A stretch of DNA of 64,000 bases, taken from Lama guanicoe. Lineage: Eukaryota. The notes beneath the pieces were generated by a model, which did no database searches, was not told the origin of the DNA, and saw nothing but the letters and a program-made list of their open reading frames with translations. Below are positions 37,113 through 50,613 of the stretch, piece after piece. Within the stretch, counting starts at the first letter, position 1. Every line of letters starts with the position of its first letter. A program made the position numbers and the translations under genes. Where the stretch lies: the NCBI GenBank assembly GCA_013239625.1, contig MU053557.1, forward strand, positions 69,063 through 133,062, read 5' to 3'.

Positions 37113-38199
37113 AAACTAAATACTCTGGCTTCAGTGGCACAAATTCTAAACAGCTAAGATAATAGAGCAGAGTGCCATCCAAAACAAATTAATAGAATGA
37201 AGCAAGTTCCCTGCTGCCAAAGTAAAACAGAAAATTAAAGCAATACTGCTTAATTAGGGCAAAGGAATTTTTTTTTTTTACTGCTATAGACTCATATAAA
37301 ATCACGGGACTGAAAGACAGCTGAGCTGCTCACTCAGTCCTGCCTCTTAACAAGGGGGCACACTGATGGCACGCTAAAAGGGATCTTATCTGTGTTTAAG
37401 AGTATTTGGAGAAATACTTTGGTTTTTCAGTTATTCCTAATTTTTCTTTTTGATGTGCAACAACTCACCATCTGCTTCCCTTCTTAGGAAAGTCCTGTCT
37501 CAACTTAAATCACACTCACTAAAATGAAAAGCCAACTGCAACGACGTCCACCTCTGGCTTCCCCTTCTCTTTGACTCTCTGGCCACAAACAGCAGGAGAA
37601 TAAAAAAGCACAATGCTCCTCATGTATCCAGGGCAAAAAAATCAAAATTCTACCAAACAGTACTGAAGACGTTGGCCTTTTCCTAAGTTATCTTAAGTCA
37701 TTTCCTTTGAAATACATTTTCCTAGTAGAGGTTGCAAACAACTTTCTCTTTTAGTTTTTTTTTTTTTTCCTCTAAGTAGGAAGGAACTGCTTGCTCGTTT
37801 ATCTTTTTGGCATTTACACATTACAGGTCAAATTCTGTTAAGACATTGTGCTACAGTTAAAAAAATCACATGGGGTCAGATTTTCTGGTCTAGCAAAGGT
37901 TCACTTGTGGCCATAATATTATTTATGTTCATGCGGTTTGAAGTCAGCTCAAATCAAAAGCCAGTTTCCAGTGAAACAAAAGAGTGTGAGAGAAGATGTA
38001 TCAGACTGCAAGTTGGGAGACCACGCTAGAGTCTGAGTCTCATTTTGTTATAAACATGCTGTGTGAGGTTGAGGCAATTACTCACCCTCTCTGGGCTTGA
38101 GTTTTACTTCCTGCAAAAGAAGAGCTTTAAATTTAAAGGAAATTTGTATTCTCTATCTTTGTAGAGTTGAAATGATTTTAGCCTAAAATTTTATGTTTT

Positions 38200-38590
38200 G
38201 ATTTTCTCTTCCCTCCGTCTCACTCTGTCTCCTTCACTTGTCCCTTTTTCCTTCCTCCCTTCTACTCACCCTTTTTCCCTTCCTTCCTTCCATCTTTCCT
38301 TCCTTTCTTATCCCTCCTTCACCCATCCATCCATCCATCCACCCATCCATCTTTACTTATATTTTGTTTCTTTATTTCTTCCTTTCCTTCTTTTCTTTCT
38401 TCCCTTTTCTTATCTTTCCATTTTCTTTTAATAACTTTTTCCTACCTTAAGTTTTTTTTTTTACTTTTCCTATTTCCTTTCTTTTCTTTTAATTTTGTTT
38501 TTTCCCCCCAATCCTTCCTTCCCATTCCCCCCCACCCCGACCTTTCCCTTTCCAGCGTTTCTTTCATTCTTCTCTTTTTAAAATTCTTTC
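38200..38590. repeat. CT-rich low-complexity region
   Basis: Direct observation, includes (CCAT)n. Confidence 0.9.
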
Positions 38591-39599
38591 TCCCAGCAGC
38601 AAATCACTCGACATGTCAACAAATCTATAAAGCAGCAGTAGTTTTACGGGCTGGTGTTAACACCTTTTCTAACCAGCCAGGCATTGCAAACCGATGTGAA
38701 CGCTGATGGCATGGCTTCCAGGCCTTGCATGGAAAGTCGCCAGATCAGCACACGGCTATTATTTAATGTTGCCCGGAGACCTAACAGGAAGCCTTCTGCA
38801 AATTGCCTCACAAATTATACAGTGGCTTCTCAAAATTGGCATGAAATAGATTTGTGAAACGAGGTGTAACATCCAAATTCTTCCCCTGTTAGAGGAAGCA
38901 TCAAAGCTACCTTTTTAAACATAACAATTACAAATAAATTTATAAAGAAAACGCCATAAACAAAGAAAGCATAAACAACAAACTCGGGAAATACTTACAA
39001 TATAATAATCAAAAGGGCTAATTTCCATAATACATAAAACCTTCTTGCAAATTATTTACAGAGACACACTTCAATAGAAAATGGCAGATTTTATGAGTAG
39101 ATAATTCACAAGGAAAGAAAGAAAAGTGGTCAACAAACATAAGATGCTTAGCTTCAAAAATGAAAGAAATTCAGCTTGAGAGGTCATTTTTTGAAAGAAA
39201 GCTAATTATTTTTAACAAAATGTATTATTTCAAATTAGTCTGAAGAATAACATTAGTGGACATTTTCTCAATGTTTAATTGCACCATGCACATCTTTAGA
39301 TGTGACTAAAAAGATACTCTATCCCAATAAACGATTTTAGCAAAGAGCACTCCCTTTCTAGTCTCTTAAAAATGCAGGTTAGAAAGAAGTTGGGGGGTTA
39401 TTTTTCTAAGCAATGTTTTATTTAAGCCCAATTCTTCAGACCGCGTTACCAACTATTATTTTCCATTTCCCATCCCTACTGAGATACTCAGAATATTAGG
39501 TGTTATTGCCATTTTTCAAATCCACGTTTTAAAACTTTATGAAACAAGAAGGAACGGGGCCACCTCTGAGATCCCTTGAGTGTTTCTCTCTTGCTCAGT

Positions 39600-39810
39600 C
39601 GGTACAATGGAAACGTAAGATCACAGGGTTTGGAGTGAAATCAAACCTGCGTGTAATCCTAGCTCTGACCTTTAGTCACCTATATAAGTAACTTATTCTC
39701 ATGAACCTCAACTTTCACATTCGTAGGATAGGACTTACACTAGCACGTCGTTCATAAGGTTGTGTTGGGGCTTCACTGATACAAAGCATGTGAAGCCCTT
39801 AGTGAAAAGA
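39600..39810 (+). mobile_element. MIR SINE
   Basis: gggtttggagtgaaatcaaacctgcgtgtaatcctagctctgacc...aacctcaactttcacatt...gcatgtgaagccctta. Confidence 0.68.
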
Positions 39811-40789
39811 GAACCAAACAAATAAACTGCTGACATGACGATGGTGATGATGGTGAAAACTTAAGAAAGTAGGAGAGGTGATCAGAACTATGAGGGGAAC
39901 TCCACGTAGTACCTACTTCCTTTAGAAGGAAGAGATAGAATCTCACTGAAATGCTAAGAAAAGAACTTTGCAACTTATTCCAGGTTAGAATCTAAGTCCC
40001 TTGAAATCCCACTGAGTCAGTATAATACAGAGTGATATCTCATTCTAGTGAATAGCCAAACTTCTCAATCCTTCACAAACTTAAATACAGTAGAATGAGG
40101 GAAACAGATCAGAAGAGAGAGTGCCAGTAGCCAGAACAGTAGGGGAGGCAAACACACATCCAGGTCTATGTGTAATTCGGGCTCAATATGGGTCAACATC
40201 TAATAATATTCCAAAGAGGATGAGAGGTAACCTTGACAACCCAGCTGATGCAGGCACCGAAATAATATGAATAAGAGATTCACAGGGAGACTCAGGAGAC
40301 AAGCTGGGCTATTTTCTTGGTTGACTGATGGCTCTTAGCTTTTAGTGTGTAGAAAATTTGCTATCACTCGTAAAGCCGTCTTCTTTCACTTAATCAACAA
40401 ACATCTATTAAATGTTTGTAACACACCAAGACACTGTGCTAGGCCTTGGGGATACAGAGAAATTCCCTGCCCACAAGAAACTTCTCAGGAGGGACATTCC
40501 CATTTACAGCCAGCGAGGATGCGGCTTCCCCTCTCCCACCCCCAAACCTCACCCAATAGCCCTGCAAGTCAAGGCTTATCAGCGCCATTTTATTGGCTGA
40601 GGAAACTGAAGCTCAGAGAAAATACAACTGGAAAGGGTCAAGGCCAACATCTAAACTTCACTCTGCCATATGTAATACTCATGGCAAGAGTGACAAAAAT
40701 GATTTATTTGGGTTGGGATAACATTAATACTGAGAAGAAAAGTAGGCTGGGTGTGTGGCAGCAGCAGTAGTAAAGCAAAAGCAAATTTT

Positions 40790-41290
40790 AAAAAAAAAGG
40801 CCCAAATCTCAGTGGTTCAACGCAATTTCATTTCTTGATCACGCTCCATGTCCAGGTAGATTGGCAGGGGACCCCGTGACATGTGCTGCAGAGCCCCTGA
40901 GCCCCACCACCTAGAACGGGCAACCTCCTGGCTTGCTGAGGCCGAGAGAGGGAGTATGGGGGACCATCCGGCGCTGGCTCTTCAGGGTCACCTCCAGTTG
41001 TAGCTCACGGGCCAGACCTCGTCCCGTGGCCTTCCTCAGGGTGGGACAAGGCTGAAAGGAGTGAAGCCCTCAATGTGACATCTAGGGAGGCACGGGCTGT
41101 TTGGATCACGCAAGCACAGGATTGGCACTTGTGTGACCCTGATGGCCAGTAGCTCCTTATACTTGTCATCTTAGGCAACTTACCCATCTTGCCCTCGTCC
41201 CGACCTTGGCCCCACCTAACTGGTAGGGGGTGCGGAAATGCAGTGTCTCCTGCATTTGGGAGGGAGGGGGAGGGCAGATATTGGTGAGGA
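40790..41290. mobile_element. MaLR (MLT1-type) LTR remnant
   Basis: cccaaatctcagtggttcaacgcaa...tttcttgatcacgctccatgtcca...; ggccccacctaactggtagggggtgcggaaatgcagt. Confidence 0.55.
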
Positions 41291-42117
41291 CCAGGAATGT
41301 CTAGCAACCTGTGCTTGAAAGCTCCCTCTCATCTGTGACACCACCTTCTGCTCCTTCCCTCCCGGCCTCTCTAATCCAGGCAGCTGCCAGCCTTCGGGAT
41401 CGTAACCAAATACAGCAAAGGCGCTAGGCCAGGGGCTTGCTGTGCGACCGATACAGCACTACCCGCGCTCCAGCTCATCTATGCCTTCATTCATTCCTCA
41501 CAATGGCCCTGTGAAGAAGTTCCTTCCTAATCCAGTGTTTACATCAGAAAACTGAGGCTTGGAGAAATTCAGTAACTTTCCCAGGGTCATTTCTGTAAAG
41601 GGTAAAGTCGAGATCTGGACACACATGGAACTATGAAGTCTTTCCTCCTCCTCTTTAACCACATACCACCCATCCTTGCAGGAGCTTACAGTCATGTTGT
41701 TTCCACATTTATCAAATGAGAGTGTGGCAACATTGGCCCAACCCATGGAATAGTTCGAGCAAAATACTGTCTTGTATATATGGGCATCATTGTCAGTGAT
41801 ACCAGGCCAATGTCTTAGATAAACTGTGATGAGATTTTGTTGCTGCTTTGTTTTGGGTTTCCAAATGAAAATTCAGTGCCATCTGTTATTGGCAGATGTG
41901 GAATAGAGAATGAGGGTCAAGATATCTTCACTAATCAGATGCGTGACTGCTGCGACTCCCTCTGCTGGGCCAGCTACCAAATCAGGGGGCTGAATCAGGT
42001 TCCCTAAGGTCACCTCGACTTACAAAGTCATCAAAAAGGGTTCAAATATTTTCTTTTAATATATTAATTTGTTTCAAGTCACGTTCAGGCAAGGTGCTGT
42101 TTACAAAACCACTATTA

Positions 42118-42268
42118 GGGGCTGGGTATAGCTCAGTGGTGAGAGCACATGCTTAGCATGCACAAGGTCCTGGGTTCAATCTCCAGGACCTCCATTAAAT
42201 AAAATAAAATAAAATAAAATAAAATAAAATAAAATTAAGTAAAATAAAGTAAAATATTTAAAAAAGAA
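42118..42268 (+). mobile_element. vic-1-like SINE, best-preserved copy, (TAAAA)n tail
   Basis: gggtatagctcagtggtgagagcacatgcttagcatgcacaaggtcctgggttcaatctccaggacctcc with Pol III A and B boxes; TSD cactattag at 42110-42118 and 42269-42277. Confidence 0.92.
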
Positions 42269-44759
42269 CACTATTAGATTTGTCCACGGATATAAGTTTT
42301 CTAAAGATACCCAAGGTAGGTTTGATGTTGAGCACAGCTTTAAACAATTAAAAAAACTGCATTTTAAGTGTACTTTTCAAAGCAAATTATACAATTTAAG
42401 AGAGACCCAAAACTTTTACAAAATTCAGTGTGGATGACAGAAATAAGTAAGATCATAAGCGTGGAAAACATTTTAGAATATACAGACATTCTCTAGCAAA
42501 GCTAAAAGCCTTGCTATCTCAAACAAAGTAGACGGAGCCTGACTGCTAATACGGATGTAAACTTATCACCACGTTTCATCGCAGAGCAGAGAATCATTCC
42601 TTAACCAGACAAAACTGTAAAGTTAACTGGAGAGAGAGCAGCCATTTCTCACGTTAATTTGCAGTGATTGCGTTTCCTTCGGTCAAAAACTAAAGTGCTT
42701 ATTTTGGGTCTATTGGGCCAAGACGATAGGATGAGTGTGAGGGTTGCTGAAAGTCTGACTCTTCCTGCAGGCACGTGGGGCAGTCACACATGGATGAAAT
42801 ACTGAGAGTCTGTAAAGACGGAGAGAGTAGATGTCCTGGACCCAGGCTCTGGGGGAGAACTCATTCACTGAGTTAAGAAGGAGGAACATTTTGAAGCAGT
42901 CATTAAGGATGAAGTCATTCACACCAATACGTACAAAAAACTTTGCCTTTCCTTTTTTTTTTTTTTCGTGGAAACATCTGGCAAAAACATGTTGAGAAAA
43001 GAAGACTTGTGTTTTGTGCAATAGGATCTTGCTGTGAAGAGATGAGAACTTGAGCTAATTGCAGGATGTCTGCAAAGAGAAAGGGCTAGCTTTGTATTTT
43101 AGACCCATTTTCCTCCCTACAGGGTAGACGTCTAATGTAAAAGCAGTGGTGTGCTGTGGGAAACAAATATGGGGTAAGAAACAATGAACAGCATCTAATA
43201 TGTAATACTGTACCATGAAGGTTATTAAAATAGCATTCGATTTGTACTCGCCTTTTTAAGTGTGCCAAGAGAAAAACAGACACTTCTGAAACCTGAATGA
43301 TAAAGACCATAAAACTGCACATTTTCTTATGTGTAAAATGTTGCAGACCTCGTAATGACAAATGTCCCCACTATTGTCCTATGTAGAATTACATAATGCC
43401 CAGTTTGGAATTTTGTTCTGCATTCATTTTAGAACTGTGATGACCCCAAACTCTTTTGAAATCTCTCTCAATGTCCTTAGCTCTTTTTGCCTTTCCCTAT
43501 AGTTCTACATTCATTCTGTTCCTTTTCTAGAGTTCTTTGACTCTTTAACCTAAAGAGCAAAATTTAAAAAAAAAAGAAAGAAAAGTCGAGGGCAGCCTGG
43601 TCCTACTCTCTCTTGGAGCATCCCATGTGACTCTGTCAGGGCTCTAATCGGAAGCCCTCCAGGGGGCTAAGGCTGCCTCCAGACATTTAACAAATTCTGT
43701 AGACCTTAACCATTCTGGAAACATTAGGATTTAATCCAGCAGAGGGATGCTTAATCCTACTGGCTTCTTCCTGCAGGAACAGGATCCTTAAAATCATCTA
43801 AAGGGGAATTTTCTGACAGTCTTCTCAAGATGATTGAATGAAAACTTTTTTTCCCCCATCTCTTTTAATTTGGGTGAATATTAAAACAAATCTTTATAAA
43901 GAGGCAGATCAGACATTATCTTCCTCCTAGTTATGTGACACCTACACTGTCAGGTACATGGCCAAGCCTTGTGGGCTCAGGGACTCAGGGAATCTGGCTC
44001 CTGTAACCCAGTCTTCTGGGGATCACGCTGTGCCTTACCCATGGCCCTTGCAACTGCCTGCCATCCTCTGTCCATCACAAGCCCTCCACTGTCAAAATGC
44101 AGTCCTCTTCAACCAACCGATCTGAGCTAGAAATCTCAAAACTATTCAGAGATTGTGCCACAGTTCCTGTTCAATAGTGATAGTCTCCTCTCTGGCGAAC
44201 CACACTCCTTACCACTCCTTATCGTCTCTCTAAAACTGAGACCAGTGATAATTCTTGTAATGCTGGTTTTCTGAGTTGAGAACAGTTTCTCTGTAACTTT
44301 GTGTCTATCGTAAGTGGGAAATTGAAAGAGACCAGAAAGATGGTGTGGCTTTTCTGACATCTGCCTGTTCCCCGTAAGTTTTCAATTTGCAATCTTTGCA
44401 ATAGTCTTGTAATCTCAGTGATAGCCAGGACCCGAGAAATGTTTTTGGCAGCCAGTGGGTGCTCAGGAATTTAACCTGCCAAGTATAGGATTGAACACAC
44501 CTACTTTGGTCATGCGCTGTGCTAAGTACTTTGAATATACGTATGAATAAGACAGTTCTTGCTATGAATCCTGACAGAGGATTCATCTTTCAACATAACT
44601 TTCAGTGCTGTTGGACTTAAGCAAAGCACTTTAAGTGGACATTACCATTAGAGCTGTGGTTTAGGGATCTTAAACTCTGCTCCCAAATTCCTCTCCCATT
44701 GGTCAGACAGCACACAGTATTTCCTACATTTATTAGCAATGATAACAGCAATGAATGGC

Positions 44760-44990
44760 AATCGTTATTTATGGGTGCTTCTCCTATGATGGACCCTTGT
44801 ACAAAGTGCCTTGTGTATATTCTATAATATAATTCTCACAATTCCCCTCTATGCAGTAGATGCTATGATCATTTTATTGTGAGGAAAGAGATGCTCAGGG
44901 AGGTTATGCATCCTAGTTGGTAAACCAGTCACACAGCTGGTAAGTGGAGGGAGTTGCTTTCAGCCCTGACTTGTCAGATTTCAAAGACCA
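44760..44990 (-). mobile_element. MIR SINE
   Basis: atttatgggtgctt...aattctcacaa...attttattgtgaggaaa...gtcacacagctggtaagtggag. Confidence 0.72.
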
Positions 44991-45532
44991 GACCCATAAC
45001 CATGCTCTGTGCTGCCTCCCACGCCTTCCTTAAGGATAAACTAATTTCATCAGGAAAGGACAATACATTGACAGGTATCATATGGTCTGACTCTGTCACT
45101 TGTGGAAAACAAAATTGGGTACCTTTGATTTGATTCTCCCAAACATTCACTGACATGGGGACCAAGTGTTGTATATGTGCTTTGTGCAGACGAGGAGTTG
45201 GGACTCCCGGCTAGTCGCACAGGTGATAAAGAGCAGCCTGGGGGTCTGCCTAGGTCACCAGACAGTATTCTCTCCACTGACCTGGGAGGGGAGCTTCCAG
45301 GGATTTCAGAAAGACATCTTCTGTTCCACGTTTTCACTAAGGGATGGGACTCCAGGAAGCATTTTTGCATCTGGTCCAAAGTGGTTTAATGAGGCCAAAT
45401 TGGTGATTGGAACATGTATATGACCAAAAAGGCCAATGATGGTCTCGCCTCATCTAGGTCTGATCGAGGTCTGTCTTTCTTGAGGAATGAGGAAACAGTG
45501 CCTCCCTGCTAGCCTCTACCACTCTTAATACC

Positions 45533-45717
45533 AGTGGTCCTCCCCCGTGATGACTTTGCCCCCTCGGGACATTTGGCAATGCCTGGAGATAATATTGAGT
45601 GTTATAGCTGTAGCCAGGTGCGTGCTACTGGAAACTAGAGGGTAGAGGCTAAATATCCTACCACGCACGGAACAGCCCCCCACAACAAAGAATTGTCAGG
45701 TCCAAAAACCCTGCTTC
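45533..45717 (+). mobile_element. MER20-like DNA transposon
   Basis: cagtggtcctc...tttgccccctcgggacatttggcaatgcctggaga...acagccccccacaacaaagaatt...aaaccctgct. Confidence 0.82.
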
Positions 45718-46534
45718 AAAGCAGTGTTATATCTATCTCATAAAAAGTCCTTATTCTTTCATAAAGTATAGTAAAAATGAGACAGTTCAACAGCCAGGAT
45801 GTCTAAATTAATCATATAAAATACGATGTGTGGGTCTGTCAAAGAGAAGGGAGATGTTTCACTTATTTACCTACTTGGACATGACGTTCTTAAAAATAAA
45901 TATTTCTCTCATTCCCAAATAGGAAAGACATGTATGGTATCCCAAATGGAAAAAAAGAAATCCAGCATTTTGAAAACAAATTACTATACAGCAACTAATA
46001 AAATATCAACTGGGGTCCTTTTTCTCTGGAAATAACCTAGAACAAAACAGCATGACGCAGCTCCACTTTAATACAGTCGGTGAAGTAAACATCAAATAGC
46101 TGGGCATGGAAAATGAAAATAATTTCCTGTAAGTGAAAAGAAATGTGAAATGAGGTTAATATAAACCTTTAATTCGCCGACTCCTTTCTGAGGCTTTGAG
46201 AAACATTCCGCTGAGAAATAATTCCGCTTATGTGGCAGATGGTCCGTGCTCCTTTCTCTCTGCTGTTTGTCTTAGGGACCCATGTGGGTAACCAAGAATT
46301 CACCATCTAAGTATCCTGCGACAGGACCTGGGACACCAGAGCTGCCATTTCTCCAGGCCTTGGGAATAACTGGGCTCCGGGCTCTAAACTCAGAGGCAGG
46401 GAGCCATCTCTCCAGGCACAGAAACCAGTTTCTTCTTTTTTTCTTTTTCTTTTTCTCTTTCTCCTCCTCCTCCTCCCCTCCTCTCACCCTCTCTTCTTCC
46501 TCCTCATCCTCCTCCTTCTCCTTCTTCTTATTCT

Positions 46535-46946
46535 TTGGTTAAATTGAAGTATAGTTGATTTACAGTATTATACTACTTTTGGGTGTACAACATAGTGATT
46601 CAATATTTTTATAGATTATACTCCCTTGAAAGTTATTACAAAATAATGGCTATATTCCCCAGGCCTTACAATATGTCCTTGTTGCTTATCTAATTTATAC
46701 GTATCTTTTAATCCCATTTTCCTCTCTTGCCTCTTCCCGCTCCCTGCTCTCCACCCGTAACCACTAGTTTGTCAACATGGCTAATTGTCAGGGAAATGCA
46801 AAGGAAAACCACAATGAGCTATCACCTCACACCTGTCAGAATGGCTATCATCAAAACGACCACAAATAACAAATGTCGAGGAGGATGTGGAGAAAGGGGA
46901 GCCCTCATGCACTGTTGATGGGAACATAAATTGGTGAAGCCACTGT
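46535..46946 (-). mobile_element. L1 3' end (minus, 46535-46772) fused to an oppositely oriented ORF2 piece (46773-46946)
   Basis: aattgaagtatagttgatttaca...taaccactagtttgt directly followed by caacatggctaatt...ctatcacctcacacctgtcagaatggc ([12 protein letters not shown] on plus). Confidence 0.8.
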
Positions 46947-48288
46947 CTTCTAAGTCAGGCTCCTCATTTCAGGATTCTCAAGGCTGTGTCCTCTGCAGAA
47001 TAAAGGCTTCTTCTCCTTAAATCGTTCAAGAGGCATTTATTTTTTGACGCCAGCCAGGCGCTGTGTGAACACTGAGAGTGTGTACAGCAAGGAAACCATG
47101 GATGTGAGCCCTGCCTTCAGGGGGCTTATAGCCCAGCCAGGGAGGGAGAGGCAACTGACAATCTTGTAAATGACTCTTTAATCACCAATGCGGTAAGTGT
47201 GATGGGCAAATAACACGGGATTTGATGAGGGCACACACAGGAAACCCTGACCAAGTCTCCAGATCTAGGGGTAGGAGTGGGGTGGACAGATGAGGAAAGG
47301 GTTGATTAGGGAGATTTGAACTGCCTGGCAAGGCGACATGGGCTATTCCAGCGTCATGTGTAATTTCCCTTGTGACAGTGAGAGGTGAAAAGGACAGCAT
47401 GAGATATTCTTTGATACCTTTATCGCTTTCCCTAAAGAAATCATTCTGGGCACAAAAGAGAGAGTCACGCCCTCCCCTTAGCTCTCCACAAACTCGGCTG
47501 TAGAAGGACCTCTTTGTCTGTGCTTCCTAAAAGATGGTATGGTCTTGTTTGGATTTCTCAAACACTTCAAGTGAGAAGCCTTGTAGTTCAAACCTGAGAA
47601 GCAGTGTGGATAGTATCTTATTATTACTTAATATTATCCTGAGTAGAAAATGAAAGGACTTCATTGAAAATGCTTTTGGATGATTCCTGTCTTTTAGAGT
47701 TCACGACCTTTCACCCAATCACTTAATTTAGGATTAACAAGGAGAAGGAATCTCTTATGTCAGGCTGTGAGTTGCCCTGAAACAGGGAAGGGTGCCATTT
47801 GACACTTCTTTTGTATTCATCACAGGGCACGGGAGGGTCTGAACAAAAGGTAATGCCAAGAAGGCTGCTCCATAAATGTTTAGTTCAATGAATGTAAGAG
47901 GGAAAGCATGATGTCTTAGCTCAGAGTCTTTGGAATCTCCTTTCCCAGGACATTTGTCATTATTCTGTGGTAGCACTCACATCACACCATCATCAGTAGC
48001 ATCACCATTGCCCACACTCATTTTGAGCTTCCTACTCAGGGTTGTTATTAAGGGTGGCTTTGGCATGGGTTGCGGAAGCTTGAAAGTCTCAGTCATTCAC
48101 CTGTCCATCCGTCCACCTGTCCACTCATCCATCCAAACACCCAGTCCTCTAAATAAGAGAGTCTTAGTCATTAAGATGTTTAAGGTCTGGTAGCACCATT
48201 TTGACCACAGACAACTACTTCTGAGTGGTTTGAGTTCTTAAGCTACCTACAATGGGAGAATGGGGTAGCGTGGGGGACATGAGACAAC

Positions 48289-48311
48289 GTGTGTGTGTGT
48301 GTGTGTGTGTG
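48289..48311. repeat. (GT)n microsatellite
   Basis: Direct observation. Confidence 0.95.
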
Positions 48312-49435
48312 TTTTTACACAGAGTAGCCAAGAGGTACAGATTCACTCACCAGCTACTTTTGGATGAGGCCAATAAATACATGAAACTATTTTGGAGATT
48401 CATATGGCTTTCCCTGGGAAAATACCAAGGTCTTGAACAAAGACCTTTTTATGAAAAGCCACAAGTAATAAAAGCCACTTATCTAGAGAAAACATGCACA
48501 AAGAGGAGAAACTGACTCAAGGGAAACACTGACAAATGGGGAAGCACTGAGAAATAAGGAAGAACCTTAATGAAGAGGAAGTGGTGCGGGAAGCGGGTAA
48601 GCCGGACCCATCACGCAGAGAAAAATTAATGTCGCTGTCTTACTCCTCTGCCAAAAATAGTCTTAGGCATTGAGGCAGGAAGTGGGACCCCTGGAGGAGA
48701 AAAGACCCTGAATTTGGCCCTAAAGAATTCCTTGCAGTTCCCCTAGACTCTCTGCACCCCCATCCTACCACTCAACATCACTAAGGTGCTTTTTCATCTC
48801 TGTGAAGACCTCCTCGATGCTCCAAGGCAGTATAAGGGATAATTTCATGTCTATAACCATAACTCTCACCCTGCTCATCTTTCTACCAACGATTAGTTGG
48901 TTTATTACATATTATTTACTTGCTTGTACCCCTAACCAGGCTGCGGATTTGCGGATGGGAATTTTGTCCAGGTCATCTTTTAATTTCTAGACACCCTTTA
49001 GATACTTAATAAACATTTGAGAAAGAGAGGAGGAATAAAGGTGCAGCTAGGTGATCCCATTACAGTTGCTAGACAAAAAGACACATTCAGTGAGACTTTA
49101 GACATTCATTCACTCATTCATTAGTTCAACCAACCACCAAATGCCAGTATTTACTAAATGCCAGTCACTGGGATAAGATGTGATTCTAGCCCTTGGGGGT
49201 TTAATCTCTATTAGGCGATTCTGACTTATCAGTAAGCAAGTAAAATGGAATGTGCTACTAAGACGTAGGTGGTGGTAATGGCTGCATACCCGGTGAATGT
49301 GTACTGAATGTAATGCCACTGAATTGTATACTTAGTAGCGGTTAAAATGGCAGATTTTATTGGATTGGTGATTACATGGATGTATATGCAATTGTCAAAA
49401 CTCACCAAACTAACCATTTAAGATCTGTGCTTTTA

Positions 49436-50613
49436 TAAATAGAAATAAAAGCAAAAATAAACAAATGGGGCTTAATTGAACTTACAAGCTTTTGCAGAGC
49501 AAAGGAAATGATAAACAAAACAAAAAGACATTGTATGGAATGGGAGAAAATGTTTGCAAATGCTGTGACTGACAAAGACTTAATTTCCAGAATTTACAAA
49601 CAGTTCATAGAACTCAATAACATAAAACCAAACAACCCAATCCAAAAATGGGCAGAAGACCTAAACAAACATTTCTTCAGTGAAGACACACAAATGGCCA
49701 AAGGCACATGAAAAAAGTGCTCAATAGTGCAAATTATCAGAGAAATGCAAATCAAAACTACAATCAGGTATCACCTCACACCAGACATCACTAAAAAGTC
49801 CACAAATGATAAAAGCTGGAGAGGGCGTAGAGTATAGGGAACCCTCCTACACTGCTGGTGGGAATGTAATTTGGTGCAGCCACTACAGAAAACAGTGTGG
49901 AGGTTCCTTAAAAAACTAAAAATAAAGTTACCCTATGATCCAGCAATCCCACTCCTGGGCATATATCTAGATAAAACTCTAATTTGAAAGGATACATGCA
50001 CCCCAATGTTCATAGCAGCACTCTTTACAATAGCCAAAACATGGAAACAGCCTAAATGTCCATCAACAGGTGACTGGATAAAGAAGATGTGGTATATTTA
50101 TACAGTGGACTACTACTCAGCCCAGCCATAAAAAGGAAGCAAATAATGCCATTTGCAGCAACATGGGTGGACCTAGAAATTATCATACTAAGTGAAGTAA
50201 GTCAGAGAAAGACAAATAGCATACGATATCACTTATATGTGGAATCTAAAAAAGACACAGATGAACTTATTCATAAAATAGAAACAGACTCACAGACATA
50301 GAAAACAAGCTTAGGGTTACCAAAGGGGAAAGGTGGGGAAGGATAAATTAGGAGTTTGGGATTAGCAGATATAAACGACTATATACAAAATAGATCAACA
50401 GCGAGTCCTATTGCATAGCACAGGGAACTATATTCAATAGCTTATAAAACTCTATAATAAAAATATGAAAAAGGATGTATATATATGTATACATACACAT
50501 ATATGCATATATATGTATACATAAATATATAAATGACTCACTATGCTGTACACCAGAAACTAACACAACATTTTAAATCAACTTTACTTCAATTTAAAAG
50601 AACTAAAAAAGGG
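49436..50613 (+). mobile_element. 5'-truncated L1 nested in an older L1 3' end
   Basis: ORF2 remnants ([19 protein letters not shown]); TSD tctgtgctttta at 49424-49435 and 50614-50625. Confidence 0.94.

Noticed and set aside
42118..42195. tRNA-like sequence with A and B boxes
   Set aside because: It has an A-rich tail, a TSD and diverged sibling copies, so it is a SINE rather than a tRNA gene.
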